The notes beneath the pieces were generated by a model that had not been told where the DNA came from, did no database searches, and saw only the letters and a list, made by a program, of their open reading frames with translations. Of a stretch of DNA of 64,000 nt, positions 1 through 13,706 are shown piece by piece. The stretch comes from Octopus sinensis (lineage: Eukaryota): NCBI RefSeq assembly GCF_006345805.1, contig NC_042998.1, positions 148,056,001 through 148,120,000 on the forward strand, in the 5' to 3' direction. The translations under genes were made by a program, and so were the position numbers. How positions within the stretch are numbered: the first letter of the stretch is position 1; each line of letters begins with the position of its first letter.

Positions 1-1433
1 ACAGCTGAAACTTAGACTGCATCTATGTTACTTTGGGACAGTGTGTAAAGACTAAAATAGTGAATGTTTAGACACTGTATAGTCTATATGTAGTGTTATG
101 GCTAGATGTCTCTCCTGAGGCCAACCACTACAGTGTGTGCTGAGGGCTTTTTCATGACAGTGGTATCAGTGGAGTTGCCAAATAACTTGGATACACAGGC
201 ATGTTCATACACACACATTCACATAGTGATAGATATTTTAGAAGTCCAGTAGTAAAGAAAAAAAAAATGGAAATTCCTTTTGAAACTTAGGTCATTAATC
301 TATTCCAAGGATAGTTGATTTTTTTCTCTCAAAGATTGAATGATTAAGTTAATTTTGGAAAGCATATGAAGTTAATAGAAAGTTTCATTTAATCCTAGTA
401 TTTAATAAATAAAATTGAAAATCTTTAATATGTTAATATTTAACTACAATTTTTTTTTCTTTTTGATACAATTGATATTCAAGTCTAGGGTCTCAGATGT
501 AGCAAACATAAAAAAAATGTTTTCATGTGCTTGTGTGTTCTTGCATTATTTTTGTTTTCAAGAAGAGGAATAATCAACTAGCTCTGATGTTCGTTGATTA
601 TTGAAATATATAATTATATTGGAGATATAAATATGTATATATATAAAAAGTCTGGCATGATTTTGGCAGTTAATTTCTTATTAGAATAACATTCTGATGG
701 TGGAGATGGGGAATTTAGCTGCTACACAAAGCAAGTGAAGCAATTACACAATAACTATTTTATTTTATAAATAGTATTATTAAAGATGATGGGAAGATTT
801 AACTCACATATTCATAACATTTCAGTATTTGGTTCTTGATTTCATAAATACAAAAATCAAATATTTTTATGTGTTTTGTTGGTTCTACCAATTCCAATAT
901 TTGTATGACTTGTTGGACTGGGTATTTTTTTAGCTGGACTCATCAAAAACTAAAACTGTAAATCCTACAGGTTAATGTCTATGCACTCCCCTTTTAATTA
1001 GGAACCTGAAGAGTAAATAACACACATTTGTCTTGTGTAGTTGTTTGAATTCTTAGCCTTTGGGTTGGTATCCCCACATCAATCCATCAATCATTAAACT
1101 GTTTTCTTTTGTAAAACAAAATCTTATTGAAATCTTGCAGTATTTTTAGACTAGGCTGTTCTAGAGTAATTCATTGATTTATACAAAGCAGTAGAGGAGA
1201 GAGACATGTCTTTTTTTCAGTATTTCTTATATTAGTTGAATGTTAGAACACATATAAAACAGCACAGTGTTTCTGTGAAGGTTGGTTTGGAAAGACTAAA
1301 AAGTTCTGCAACTTTATTCATTTATTCACTGTTTTAATATCGAAACTAATTTGCTGCTTCGGATATTAGAAGATACACGAAACTGAGCTAGCAAGATGTC
1401 ATATAATTTGGTGCCTCCATATTTACCTTTCAG

Positions 1434-1538
1434 CCCAGTTCAAATCAAAGGGGGCTTGCATGGGGTGAACAACCCCGCCAGATCAATAGCTATCTGGGGG
1501 CTAACCTTGCTGCTGATAGACACGGGGGCTCAGTTCAG
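1434..1538 (+). CDS. CSNK1G: Casein kinase 1 gamma (gilgamesh-like), internal coding exon (phase 0-0)
   Basis: Acceptor tttacctttcag and donor cag|gtaggg; 105 nt open frame PSSNQRGLAWGEQPRQINSYLGANLAADRHGGSVQ. The LAADRHGGSVQ end matches the vertebrate CK1gamma C-terminal insert exon as I recall it, and splices in frame to 22447. Confidence 0.85.
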
Positions 1539-1607
1539 GTAGGGCACATCTTTTAGTTCATCACTTTATGTTTATTTCATTTTTATTAATTTATTTCCTT
1601 TTTTTTT

Positions 1608-1639
<32 letters not shown>

Positions 1640-3609
1640 TTAATTTCTTTCAAAATTTTCTGGGTTTGACCCTTCTTTAAATTCTATTTTTATTTGTGTC
1701 TATTACCATTGCTTTAGATATCTGACAATATAATTTTCCTGATAATTTTTAAGAAGGGATTTAAGTAGACTGATACCCCCAAATTAAAATCTGATATGTA
1801 GCTTCCTCATTGTTTCATATTCCACAAAATTTTTCAGATTTTTATGCTATGAAATAATTCTATTCAATATTTTAAATTATTTCAGAAAGTTGTGTGTAGT
1901 CAACAAGCTTAGATGATGTTAAAGGATTTGAAAGAACTACTACTTATCACATTATGTATAAATTCAAAGTTGATGATTAATTTTGTTGCTACTTAAGTAG
2001 TGAACTATCAGCTTCAATTGGTTTACTGAATTCTACAACATATACTGAGTACATTTTTAACAATGTGTACATCTAGTTGTGTGCATTTGTTACTGTTTCT
2101 ATTACCCATTCTCAGTGGATAATTTAGATTATAGATTATCCATTCTAGTTTGATGTCTTTGCTAACATCTTGGCATTTAATGGAAATTACTTAATCAACT
2201 GGGTTTCTAGTTTTCATTATGATTAATCATATTTTATATAATTTCATCAGTATAGTATTTTTTAAAAATATTTTTATCTGACAAACAAGGTATTTAACAA
2301 TATTCATATGTTCTTTGTGTCTTCTTTTAACTAGTTTTTATCAAATTCTGTCTTGTACCATCTACTTTCAGCATCTTTGTCTTTCATCATTCATTTATTT
2401 TTTTGTTACTTTTATAATTTCCTCACCCACTTTCTCACTCATTATCAAATATTTAGATTGAAGATCCACAAAATAGTATTCAGATTAGAGTTTTTCTTTT
2501 TCAATTTCTAGATTATTGATTCTTCCTGGCCTGTTATCATGGCACATATTATGTCTGCTTCACACAGCCTGCCTATAATTGAAGGAAACATTAATGTTTA
2601 TGGGGGGGGGGGGTATAATTTCATTAAAATTTTTACACCAATCCCTAACTCTAGCTCTAAACAAATTATTTGATTATGATACCTAATTATCAAAACTTAC
2701 TGCAAGCCATGTTCATTTTACTATCTAATGTTAGTAGTAGTAGTAGTAATAATGTCTCTTTTGGAAAGCTAAACATTTTGTACATTCATTCTTATTAGTT
2801 TGGCCCACTTTTTAAAAGTATTTTTTTCCTCTTCATTGTCCTCCTGTCTATGTATTGGCCTATTTTAAATGAAGCCCCTTTCAATTAACCAAAATGTTTT
2901 TTGTGGAGGTGAAGAGGTCTCCTATAGTTTATCAAATAGATGAACAGTTTTCATTTTGGTTTGCTTTTCTTCATCATTATAATCATCACTTCAATAGTCC
3001 AGATTGTGTATCTACATCACCATTATTTTAATTTCTTCATTTTATTAACAAATATGATGGTTGGTGGTAATTACCTACTGTCATTTCATACACCCTCACA
3101 CACATGTACATAAACTGTTTTTTCAAGATTTAGAAATATCATGTATTTGATCTAAACATCCCAGCATAATCAAGGTATCAGTATTTGCAATCTTCCAAGG
3201 AGGAAAAAAATATATTGAAAATATCATGATTATGACCATTTGTAAAATTTATTTTTCCTTCTCATTACCATACTAAATGTGGTCATCCAACATAGCCTTA
3301 GCTGTAAATACGTTAAACAAACTAATGAACTAGCAAATATATCATTTAATGGTTTTACTTTTGTTTTTATATAGTAATGGTGGTAGGATTGTAAAATTAC
3401 CCTATAGATAATTATCTTTATTGCTATCCTCTGTAGTGTGGTTGGTGTTAGGAAGAGTATGAAGTGTGAATGCTTATACATGCATACATATACCTACACA
3501 TTCGTGTGTGTGTGTGTGAAAGTTGATCTCAAAGACAGTGAGTCTTATGAAGGAGATGACAAAGGACCAAGATATTTCGTGCCTTGCTGCACTCTAGTAG
3601 ACCCATCAA

Positions 3610-3805
3610 CCACAGGAGAATTGATACTGGTGCTGGTGCCATGTAAAAAGCACCCAATACACTTTGTAAAGTGTTTGGCATTAGGAAGGGCATCTAGCCA
3701 TAGAAACCATGCCAGAACAGACAATGGAAGCTAGTGCAACCCCTGGCCTTACCAGCTCCTTCCAACCCATGCCAACATGGAAAATGGATATTAAATAATG
3801 ATTTG
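3610..3805 (+). mobile_element. RTE LINE 3' tail fragment
   Basis: gtgctggtgccatgtaaaaagcacc...ttggcattaggaagggcatctagccatagaaacc...ccaacccatgccaacatggaaaatgg, homologous to the tail of the RTE copy at 10750-10995. Ends approximate. Confidence 0.6.
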
Positions 3806-3827
3806 TACACGCGCAAACACTTATCTA

Positions 3828-4990
3828 CAGGGTGCAGACAGTATTCATTTACATGATGGCTGTCACAGGAAAAAATAAAGCAGTGTTTTTAATTTTTCAG
3901 TTATATTTGCCAAATTTGGGTCAGTTTGTCTTCATCAAATGTTCTGTCAACTACACTTGATGAATCTACTTTTAACCTTAATGACAGCTTCCAAGCAACC
4001 TTGAAATTGACCACAGGCCTTTGTCATTATCGCCATTTTTAAACACCTGAAGGTCCTGGTAATCTTGGCCTTCATCTTGTCTTTTGTGTTGCAGATGGAT
4101 TTGTTGGTCTCTCATTCTACTGCACCCCACACACAGAAGTCAAGGGAGTTGCAGTCAGGTGTATTGGGAGGCCAAATATCAGGTGCTGTGCAATTGAAGA
4201 AATTCTCTGACAACCAGGCCCAGAGCTTCTGACTGGTGTGGCAGGGCACAGAGTCTTGCTGCCACATGTATAGCAACCCCATAGCTACCCAACTGAACAG
4301 GGCTTCACTACGTTGCTCAGAACATTGATGTAGCTGTCTGTGTTTAGCCTGAGGCTCTTGTGGGATAACATGGTGTGACCTTCGCTACTGACGGCATTAA
4401 AAACACTAATTGTTTGCATGATTCTAGGTGTGTCCTTGGATGAAGCAGCAAATTACCTGTTGTCCTGGGAGTTGATCTTCTGGTCTTGGCAGAAATTCTT
4501 CTCATTGGAGAAGAACCACAGCATGTCTGGCTCCAGTGGGTGTTTCAGCATGTTGTATAGCTTCTAGGTGTGCTTGACTTGCTTTTCCTGCATGACCTTG
4601 GACAGAAATTGTCCCATCCTCATCTTGTATGAAAAATAGCAAATTTTCTCATGCACCACCAGCCTACAAGCTTTTCATCTACGCCTTTCTCCTGCCAATG
4701 GCCGGTATCACCTTGCTGGGATCATTGTTGATGATCTGAATTTCAGCAGCAAATTCTGGTGTTCTGATGACATTAGATCATCAGTCATAGGTTTTCCTCT
4801 CTGCTATCACCTTATTGTCAAATCTTGAATTTTCCAGTTTCTTTCAGACCTTTTCCACCATCCTTCTGCTGCTGTTGAGGACGTCTGAAATCTTGTTTGT
4901 CCTTCCAGTGCAGATTCCATGGAAGACTCCATACCTCTTCCACAAATTGGGGGTTCAAAATTCTCCATAGTCAATTATTTTGCAAAAAAA
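3828..4990 (-). mobile_element. Degenerate Tc1/mariner (maT-like) DNA transposon
   Basis: TA|CAGGGTG terminus at 3826-3834; broken minus-strand motifs WFFSNEKNFCQDQK, WQQDSVPCHTS and DIWPPNTPDCN; many stops and frameshifts; other terminus not found. Confidence 0.75.
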
Positions 4991-6269
4991 TAAAGCAAAA
5001 ATGTTTTTGTTTTTTTAAGTAAAAGACTGGCAATGAAAGTAAAAACAAAATATGTGTAAAATTAGCAATTGTAAATTGCAAGCAAATGCAAACAAACATA
5101 ATTATAGCTATTTATGCCTGGAATAAATGAATGTTTGTTAAAACCAACCAGTGTTTCTGCTCGTCCTAGAATTCTATAGGTAAAATATTGTCATGTGCTG
5201 TACATGTAGTATTTGAAGACGGAATGAGTTTTGTATTTCTGTTTGGTAAAGGATCTAAACTTGACTGCAAACACTTTTTAAAAAAAGATACTACCAATGC
5301 ATTACAGCTGGAGAGAGAGTAATAGAAAATCTACCACTTCACTTTCAGTATGGTCGGTAGCTAAAATACTCTATCAATACAAATGAGCATCTTGTGGAAG
5401 ATGTTACTAAAAGCCAAACCATACAACTACATATAGAGACTGTCAGTTATGTACATCAGAGAAATTACTGATGTTATTTGCTAAAGATCCTTTATCAAAC
5501 AGAAATCTTGCAGGCTTTGAGAATATACCCACTTTTTAAATATATACCCTTCTTGTATGGGGAGATCCCCTTGATGGTTTAGCCAGTGTTTGTTTATTAA
5601 ACCTTCATGATATATGCTTACTTGTGTGTGTGTATGTGTGTGTGCGCACACACACCTACACAGCATTTCAAAAGTAGCTTTAGCATTATTATATTTTGCT
5701 AACAACTGAGCTCAGGCGAGCTTCTTAATGTATGTCCTCTTCTTTCTATTCCTCTCTCACAGTGCTTCACCACAGCCATCACCCCTCATCCCATCCCATA
5801 CCATTCATTAAGTATCCCACCTTCATTCTGTTGACTGCCAAAACTCAGGGATTCCAGAATGGCTGATGTAATACCTTGCTACTCATATTGCCATCCATCT
5901 GGACTAACCCTAGTTACTTGAACAGGATTATCTTTTTATTGTCTCATTTATTAAAAATTTGATTATTCTTTCATGTTAATAAAGACATTTTTTCCAAAAT
6001 ATATAAGTGTATGTGTGTGTTTGTGCATGTGTGTGTATGCTCACATCTTCGAATTCACAATAAAACACAAAATAAAATTTTATATATTTAAATGCTGAAG
6101 GGACTTCTAGCTCATCCTCTGTGTGCAGAAGCTCTGTGTGTGTATGTGCATGTGGATGTGTATATCTGTTAGCATAAAGTTGCCTCCCTTGAGACTCAGT
6201 ATTACTATCTGCATGGTAACCTCACTAGTGTTGATGCTACAAAAACAAAGGCAAAAAGCACCAGATACC

Positions 6270-6420
6270 TGCTGTATAGGGGTTGATAATAGGAAGAGCA
6301 TCCGTGGAAACCACACCAAAGCAGATATTGGAGCACAGTACAGTTTTTGAGCCTGTCAGGTCTTGTCAAACTGTCCAAACCATGGCAGCATGGGACATGG
6401 ACCCTGATGATGATGATAAA
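6270..6420 (+). mobile_element. Old RTE-type 3' tail fragment
   Basis: aggaagagcatcc...gtcaaactgtccaaaccatggcagcatgg...(gat)n, similar to 10850-10995. Ends approximate. Confidence 0.45.
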
Positions 6421-6707
6421 TATGAATTTCTGTTGGTTTCAACAGCCACAATACAGTTGTTCAATCAATACTATGTTACCTGCTCATGAAATTAGCAATG
6501 TAATTGGCTGTGTATTTCACAGACTTATGTAACTTCACAGTAATTTTCAAGCAAAATCAGTGTGACATAGTGTATGGCAAGGCTGTACCTTTGAATTACA
6601 GGTACAAATCATTCAAAAATGATTGGTTAACCTAAGACTGCAGTAAAATAACATTTTCCCCAAATAGCTGCCAATAGGATCAAACCCGAGTTCTCATTGT
6701 TATAAAA

Positions 6708-6892
6708 CAGTGCTCCACAGCCAGTATGTTGCGGCACACTGGTGTACCATGAGACAATGCTAGGTGTGCCACTGTGTAACCTGAGTATAATTTTTTCCCT
6801 ATACTTTTCGTTATATTTTTAGTTCAGGTGTGTTGCCAAATTTTGAAAAGAATATAAGTGTACTACAAGTGAGAAAAGGTTGCAGATCACTG
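6708..6892. mobile_element. hAT-type MITE
   Basis: CAGTG...CACTG termini with a perfect 8-bp target duplication TTATAAAA (6700-6707 and 6893-6900). Confidence 0.7.
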
Positions 6893-7485
6893 TTATAAAA
6901 GTAGTTCTGAATTCTTTGGCTGTGTTCTGAGTATATGTGGGGAAATTTGAGCAGCCCATTAATACAATGCAACCTAATGTATGCGACATGCTCCAAACTT
7001 TGACTGTCTCATCTGTCTCTCAGATAAAATATCATTGTCAGCATAGTCGGTTTCAGTCTTGTGTAGGGAATAAAAAGGAACATCATACTCTTGGCTTTGG
7101 CCACTTTCCATAGCAATTCAAAGATGGCTAGCTTTTTGAAAATGGTTGGGTTTTCATGTTCCAGGCTGGAAAAAAACTGGAGGTCATTTGTGTGAATGTA
7201 TTATCTGTGGCCAAGAGAAAGAAACTATCTCAGCAATGTGATGTTGTCAGTTATCAGGATGGTTCAGTCTGTCCAGGTTGGTTAAGGACATCATCGGGGA
7301 TAAAACCAGCTGAAGGTGGGATGGTAGAGTCCACTATCTGACAAGTGTAGCATATTGACATCAGCTACAAGTTCCGTGATGAGAATACTATTCATATTTA
7401 TCAATTGCAGGAAGAATCATGTAGAAACCCAGTGGTCAGGATACTCACTGAAATGAGTTTAAGGAGCAGCACAGGCAAGGGTCAC

Positions 7486-7713
7486 TTAACCCTTTAATAT
7501 TCAGAGTACTCCATCAAATTTAATGCTTTTTGATTCCCACTGTTTTGAAGTAATCATGCTTTATCTTGTAGCTTTAAGATTTTGATGATGTGGTTGCTTA
7601 TTTTTAGAATGACATTGTAGGGTAGGTGTGAAAGGCTGAATATGGCCAGTCTGAACATAAAATAAGTAGAATATTTGGGCTGGAAACAGCTGGTTTAAAT
7701 ACGAAAGGGTTAA
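7486..7713. mobile_element. piggyBac-type MITE
   Basis: TTAA|CCCTTT...AAAGGG|TTAA termini (coordinates include both TTAA). Confidence 0.65.
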
Positions 7714-9012
7714 TCTGTGGATGCAGTTTTATCCATGGCTGAACCAAGGACAGTTTTGTTGAATGACCTGTTGTCTTTTGTTATGTATCTAGTTGAATGC
7801 GTGTGCTATTTTTGTAGAAGTGTGTTTTTTCCTCTGCTTGGTGGTTTTGTTCATGGTTGCCTGGTACACCCTTTATGCCACCCTCCCACTTGCATGCACA
7901 AATGTCCACTTACGTGTTTGTAATTCTGTGGCCTGTTCAACTACCTTTCTATGTATTAAGAACAGACATTTTTAAAAACTAGACTGGACCTGTAAGAAGT
8001 GTCATTAAGTTATTAATTCTATGTATTAACATTCAGTTGAACATATATAACAATAGGTTAACACCCCACAACTTCCCCCATCACTCTCCCCTTGTTTTAA
8101 TGTACTACATTCAGTTTTCATGTTTTCCTTTTTCTTTATTCTTTTTCTTTCCCTTTTCATTTATTTGTCTTTATGTGTGTGTGTGTGTAAGTATATATAT
8201 GTATTTGGAAAAAAATTATAATTACTCCAATATCTCATATATATTTATGTCTTTACATGAACATTTTTAGAAAACAAAATAAAACTTGTCAGAAGTAACA
8301 TGTCTGTGCCAATGACCTTCACCTGGACAATCAGTATAATAGCATATTTATGATTAGGCTGATTAAGCACATAGTGACTACCACCCCACCTACTTTCCTC
8401 TGTCTAACCTCTCTTGGAGACTTTCCTCTCTCTTCATTTATATTTCTGTTTACTACATCAACCCACTACCTCTTCCTGCACTAAATTTCTTCAGAATTGT
8501 CTTAGCGAATACTATTTTAAGAAGCCAAAATAAGTAAAACTCCAAAGTAAACAGTAGTCCCTATTGATAATATTGTTTTCACTTTATAGTCAGTATTGAA
8601 TCCTTTATTCAATGCATTTAAGTACACAGACCTATAAAATCAGCAGGTATGTAAGGTGCTATTTTAGCAACACTGAAAGGTACATTAAATTTGCTTGTAT
8701 ATGTGTGTGGGAGAGGGCGGGGAGAGAAAGAGAGGACTTGACTGAGCTAGACCACTGAATAGAATACTTTGGAGTATTTATTCCAGCACTCTGAGTTCAA
8801 ATCCTGCAGTGGTCAACTTTAACCTTCACCCTCTTGGGTTTGATAAAAGTATTAGTCAAGTTCTTGCCCCCCCCCCCCAACTGTGTTCAGGTTTGGAGAA
8901 GGATGAGTTCTGTCAGGCTTGAAATACTTAAGACATGTTGTATGTCACAGCAGTGTCTCTACAACTGTGAAAGAGTCTCCTCTCTCCATACCATATATAT
9001 ATATATATGTTT

Positions 9013-10995
9013 GCTTAGATGAGATGCAGTTCGGTTTTGTGCCAGGTAGGAGCACCACTGATGCCATATTCCTGGTTCAATAACTGCAGGAGAAATACCT
9101 AGCTAAAGATAAACCCCTCTACATAGCTTTCGTGGACTTGGAGAAAGCCTTTGACTGGGTCCCCAGATCCCTTATCTGGTGGGCGATGCGGAAACTGGAG
9201 ATTGACGAATGGTTAATAAGGGCTGTACATACCCTATACAGGGAGGCTGTCAGCAAGGTTAGGATTGGCAATAAGTATAGTGAAGAATTCCGGGTAGAAG
9301 TAGGGGTCCACCAAAGTTCAGCCTTCAGTCCCCTTTTATTCATCATAGTCCTCCAGGCAATAACAGAGGAATTCAAGACGGGTTGCCCCTGGGAGCTCCT
9401 CTATGCTGATGACTTGGCCCTCATAGCAGAATCACTACCGGAACTAGAAAAGAAATTTCAGGTGTTGAAGCAAGGATTAGAATCAAAGGGCCTTAGAGTA
9501 AATGTAGCAAAGACCAAAGTTATAGTAAGCAGAAAGGCGAACTAATCACACACACCCTCGGGCAGGTGGCCCTGCTTGATCTGTAGGAAAGTTGTAGGTA
9601 GAAACTCCATAAGATGTACCCAGTGTAAGCTATGGGCGCATAAGAGGTGCAGCAACATCAAAGGAAAATTAACTGATAAGATAGCTTTCATGTGTGGCAG
9701 ATGCACAGGGGCAATACACACCACAGATACTCAGAAAACAGATTCCATCACACTCCAGGGGGAGAAACTAGAAGTAGTTGATAGGTGACCAAGTTAGTAG
9801 TGGAGGTGGATGCTCAGTGAGCGTCACCACTAGAATATAAATAACCTGGGCAAAGTTTCGAAAGCTCCTACCCCTATTGGTGACAAAAGGTCTCTCGCTC
9901 AGAGTGAAAGGTAGATTGTATGATGCATGTGTGCGAACCGCCATGCTTCATGGTAGTGAAACATGGGGGCTGCGACTGCAGAGGACATGCGTAGACTTGA
10001 AAGAAATTAAGCTAGCATGATCCGCTGGATGTGTAATGTCAGTGTGAACACAAGACAGAGTGTAAGCACCCTGAGAGAAATGCTGGACATAAGAAGCATT
10101 AGATGTGGTGTGCAAGAGAGACATTTGCACTGGTATGGTCATGTACTGCGGATGGATGAGGGGATATGTGTGAAGAAGTGCCACTCCCAAACAGTTGGAG
10201 GTATCAGGGGGGAGAGGTAGACCCAGGAAGACATGGAATGAGGTAGTCAAGCATGACCTCCGAACGTTGGGCCTCACAGAGGCAATGATGAAAGACCGAA
10301 ATCTCTGGAGATATGCTGTGACTACAAAGACCTGGGCTGCTTCCTGCACCAGTTTCGCATAGCCCCAGCCCATTCAAAGTACCTTTGATTGCAGAATGAC
10401 CTGCTGTGCTTACCTTGGATAGTAGAGTGACCTGCTGTGCTTGAGGAGACCTATTGAGTCAAGTACATCAACATCAAAATAAATATCAAATGGAAATTGT
10501 AGTTACGACACCTGTGCTGGCAGCATGTAAAAAGCACCATCCGAATGTGGTTGATGCCAGCGCTGGTTGACTGGCTTCTGTGCTGGTGGCATATGACCTG
10601 CTGTGCTTGAGGAGACCTATTGAGTCAAGTACATCAGCATCGAAATAAATATCAAATGGAAATAGTAGTTGTGATACCTGTGCCGGTGGCACATAAAATG
10701 CACCATCTGAATGTGGCCAATGCCAGCGCTGCCTTGACAAGCTTCTGTGCTGGTGGCACGTAAAAAGCACCAACCGATTGTGGCTGCTGCCAGCCTCCCC
10801 TGGCATCTGCTGGTGGCACGTAAAAAGCACCTACTACACTCACAGAGTGGTTGGCGTTAGGAAGGGCATCCAGCTGTAGAAACACTGCCAGATCAGACTG
10901 GAGCCTGGTGCAGCCTCCTGGCTTCCCAGACTCCAGTCAAACCGCCCAACCCGTGCAAGCACGGAAAACAGACGTTAATCGATGATGATGATGAT
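9013..10995 (+). mobile_element. 5'-truncated, decayed RTE-clade LINE (RT C-terminal part, PHD-like finger, 3' UTR, (GAT)n tail)
   Basis: QFGFVPGRSTTDAIF, FVDLEKAFDWVP, GVHQSSAFSPLLF, LLYADDL, LHWYGHVLRM and RPRKTW motifs with stops and frameshifts; 3' UTR with tandem duplications; ends in (gat)n then (ta)n; begins next to a (TA)n tract. Confidence 0.9.
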
Positions 10996-12620
10996 ATATA
11001 TATATATATATATAGTGTACCATAGGTCTCATAGACCCAACAACAACTAATTATAATATTGTTGGTGAAATGAAACTCAGTTACCAATTTCACATTGTTT
11101 GCCAGAATTAAAGTCATCCTGTATTGGTTAGTCTGTTTCACAGTCATCACCCCTTATCACTAAACCTCTTGGTGGCATGTTATCACTTCAGGTTGAAATG
11201 ATCATATTATCTTTCTCTATTTGTTTAAAGTTGTTGTTTAGCCCCAGTCCATCCCTGGTTGAGCAGAAATAGCCTGGTGATGACCTATGATCAAAACCAT
11301 TCTAGCCATTATTATTTTGACCGACACCTTTCAGGTTTTTTACCAGCTTCCTTGTTCGAGGTTTCTTGGGTGGTTTACCAATAAAAGACCCACTAGTCCT
11401 AACGAATCACTTATTCTACTCACCAGGATATAACCAAACTGAAAGAATCAGTCAAAACAGGAAGTAATAGGAGGATTGTCATCAGGTCTCTACAGGCACA
11501 GAGGCTAAGGCCATCTGTGGTTACTTGATTCTGAATTTTGAGTTAGCAGCTTGGAGAGTTAGATCATCTAATACAATGTTACAACAAGGACACATGAAAG
11601 GTAGACTGGTCAATTGAGAACGACAGTTTACTAGTGCCATATAAAGCCAATGCCTAGCTCTTGCTATACCAGACCTGGACACCATAATCATGCTATATTT
11701 TATTTTATGTAGTTTTATATATTGTCTAGAATGTTGGAACTTTTTTTTTAAAGGCTAGGTGTGATATGAAGGAGATTTAACCACTATTTCTTGCAGGTTG
11801 AATGGTCATTTATGAGGACCCCTTATTGGTTCAATTATTCTTGTTGTTTGGCCCCAGGCCAGCTCCAGTCGAGCAGATCAATGATCAGAGGATTTCATGC
11901 TATAGTCTTCCTGTTATATCAGAGTCTACATTGGTCCAGTTTATCTTTCCTTTTTTGGGGGGTGATATTATTTCACTGCTACTTTTAGCAAATTTAATGT
12001 CCATGTAGTGGCTCTGTTATTGGCTGGTGAGGTTCCTTCCCCTATAGTATGTGCCTCTGTGCCAATTTTACAAACTATCATCATCATGATTATTATTATA
12101 TTTCATAAAGATTGATGTAACTCTTCACAAAGGTAAATAGACAATAAGAAGAGCATGATGTGATTTGTAACAGATTGTTTATTTAATGATTTGAACAATA
12201 TTTCAACAGATTGTCTTCTTCAAGTTCAAAATGTATATTTGAACTTGAAATATCATTTAAACTAAATATCATTTAAACTATGAAATAAACAATCTATTAC
12301 AAATCATATCACGCTTTTCTTATTGTCTCATCATCATCATCATCATCATCATTATTATTATTATTAATGGGAACCATGGAAATTTCACAAGGAAGTCAGT
12401 ATATTTGAATATCTACTTTCCCTTCTGCCAATGTCTGTGTCTGTCTGTACTCATAATACTGGTAAACATTTAAACTTACTAACAAAAAAAAAAAAAAAAA
12501 AGGCGCTGTGCCCCAGCATGGCCACAACATTTGGTCTGGAACACTTAAAAGTGTAACACCCACAGCTATTTGCCAACTAAGGTTATTTCACTTTAATTTA
12601 ACTATGTATAAATGTGTCTT

Positions 12621-13706
12621 TTAACCCTTTCGTTACTATATTTCTGACCAAAATACACCCCTTATGTGTTTCAATTAATTTCTAACATAATCATAAATTT
12701 AGTCTGGTTTCATTAAACAACTATAACTTTTTTATTTATCAATATATTAATGTGATTTTTGGAAGATAATTTAATGAAATGTTCTCAACCAATTCTATAC
12801 TATAATTTTTGTCACAAAGTGACTCTAATTGCAGGTAGATACAGGTAAATTCAACAAAATATAAAATTATCAAAATCTTGTTCAAAAATTGCTATAGAAA
12901 ATGGGTTATTAGCTAATATTCAATTGGGTATACAACAAAATTTTATGATAGAATTTGTTATTCTGGGTAACTTTCTGATACCCATAATAATATTTATGGC
13001 AAAATAGTCTTAATTTCATTTAAGGTTGTGGGAAACCACAAACTATCTTTTCTTTCGCTTTGTTTACATTTAGCGTAACGGTTCGTTTCCGCCGTAATGA
13101 TTTCAAATAGGCTCATTCAAAAAAGTAAAAAGAAATAGTCTAAGGCTTTACTCTCCTGGGAAAGTCTGTGGCTTGGTCCAGTTTCTTCAGAAAAATCACC
13201 GAAAGAAACAGTTTTTAAATTTTCACTCCATTCAGGTGCCAATTCATTTTCTTTATCGCTGTCGGAGCTCTCAGATTCACTGTTTTCACTTTCGGAAAAT
13301 GAAACATTAGATTCATTATCAAATACCATGTGCTTTTTTTTTTTCAGTCATAGAGTTAGATTTATCAAGGTCTTCAGTAGAAAATCCTTCAAATTCTGAC
13401 TCGCTGCTTGATATAATGAAATTCGTATCCATTTTTTGTCAGAATTACAAATTTTGAAAACACAATAGGAACAAATTTCGGAAAAAAATCTCCCAAAATT
13501 CACAGAATTAAAATTACACTTCAATCGTTGTACAAAACTGTAGATGAACTGTTTACGAAGTATAATCACATGTTTTCACGAATGTACTAAAGAGATTTTC
13601 TCTGATATTCTCATTTAAATATGAATAGGTAAATTTGGGCGGCTTGGTCACATGAACCAAAATTTTTTTCGGGCGGCTTTGGGCGGTTTGGTAACGAAAC
13701 AGTTAA
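12621..13706 (-). mobile_element. piggyBac internal-deletion derivative
   Basis: TTAA-flanked imperfect TIRs (ttaaccctttcgttac / gtaacgaaacagttaa); minus-strand ORF 13117-13329 resembles the acidic N-terminus of piggyBac transposases (...W...F.E..GP...KALDYFFLLF); GGGCGG subterminal repeats. Confidence 0.7.

Noticed and set aside
10397-10831. Short repeats with variable spacers resembling a CRISPR array
   Set aside because: Eukaryotic LINE 3' UTR; the spacers are related to each other, spacing is irregular and no cas genes are present.
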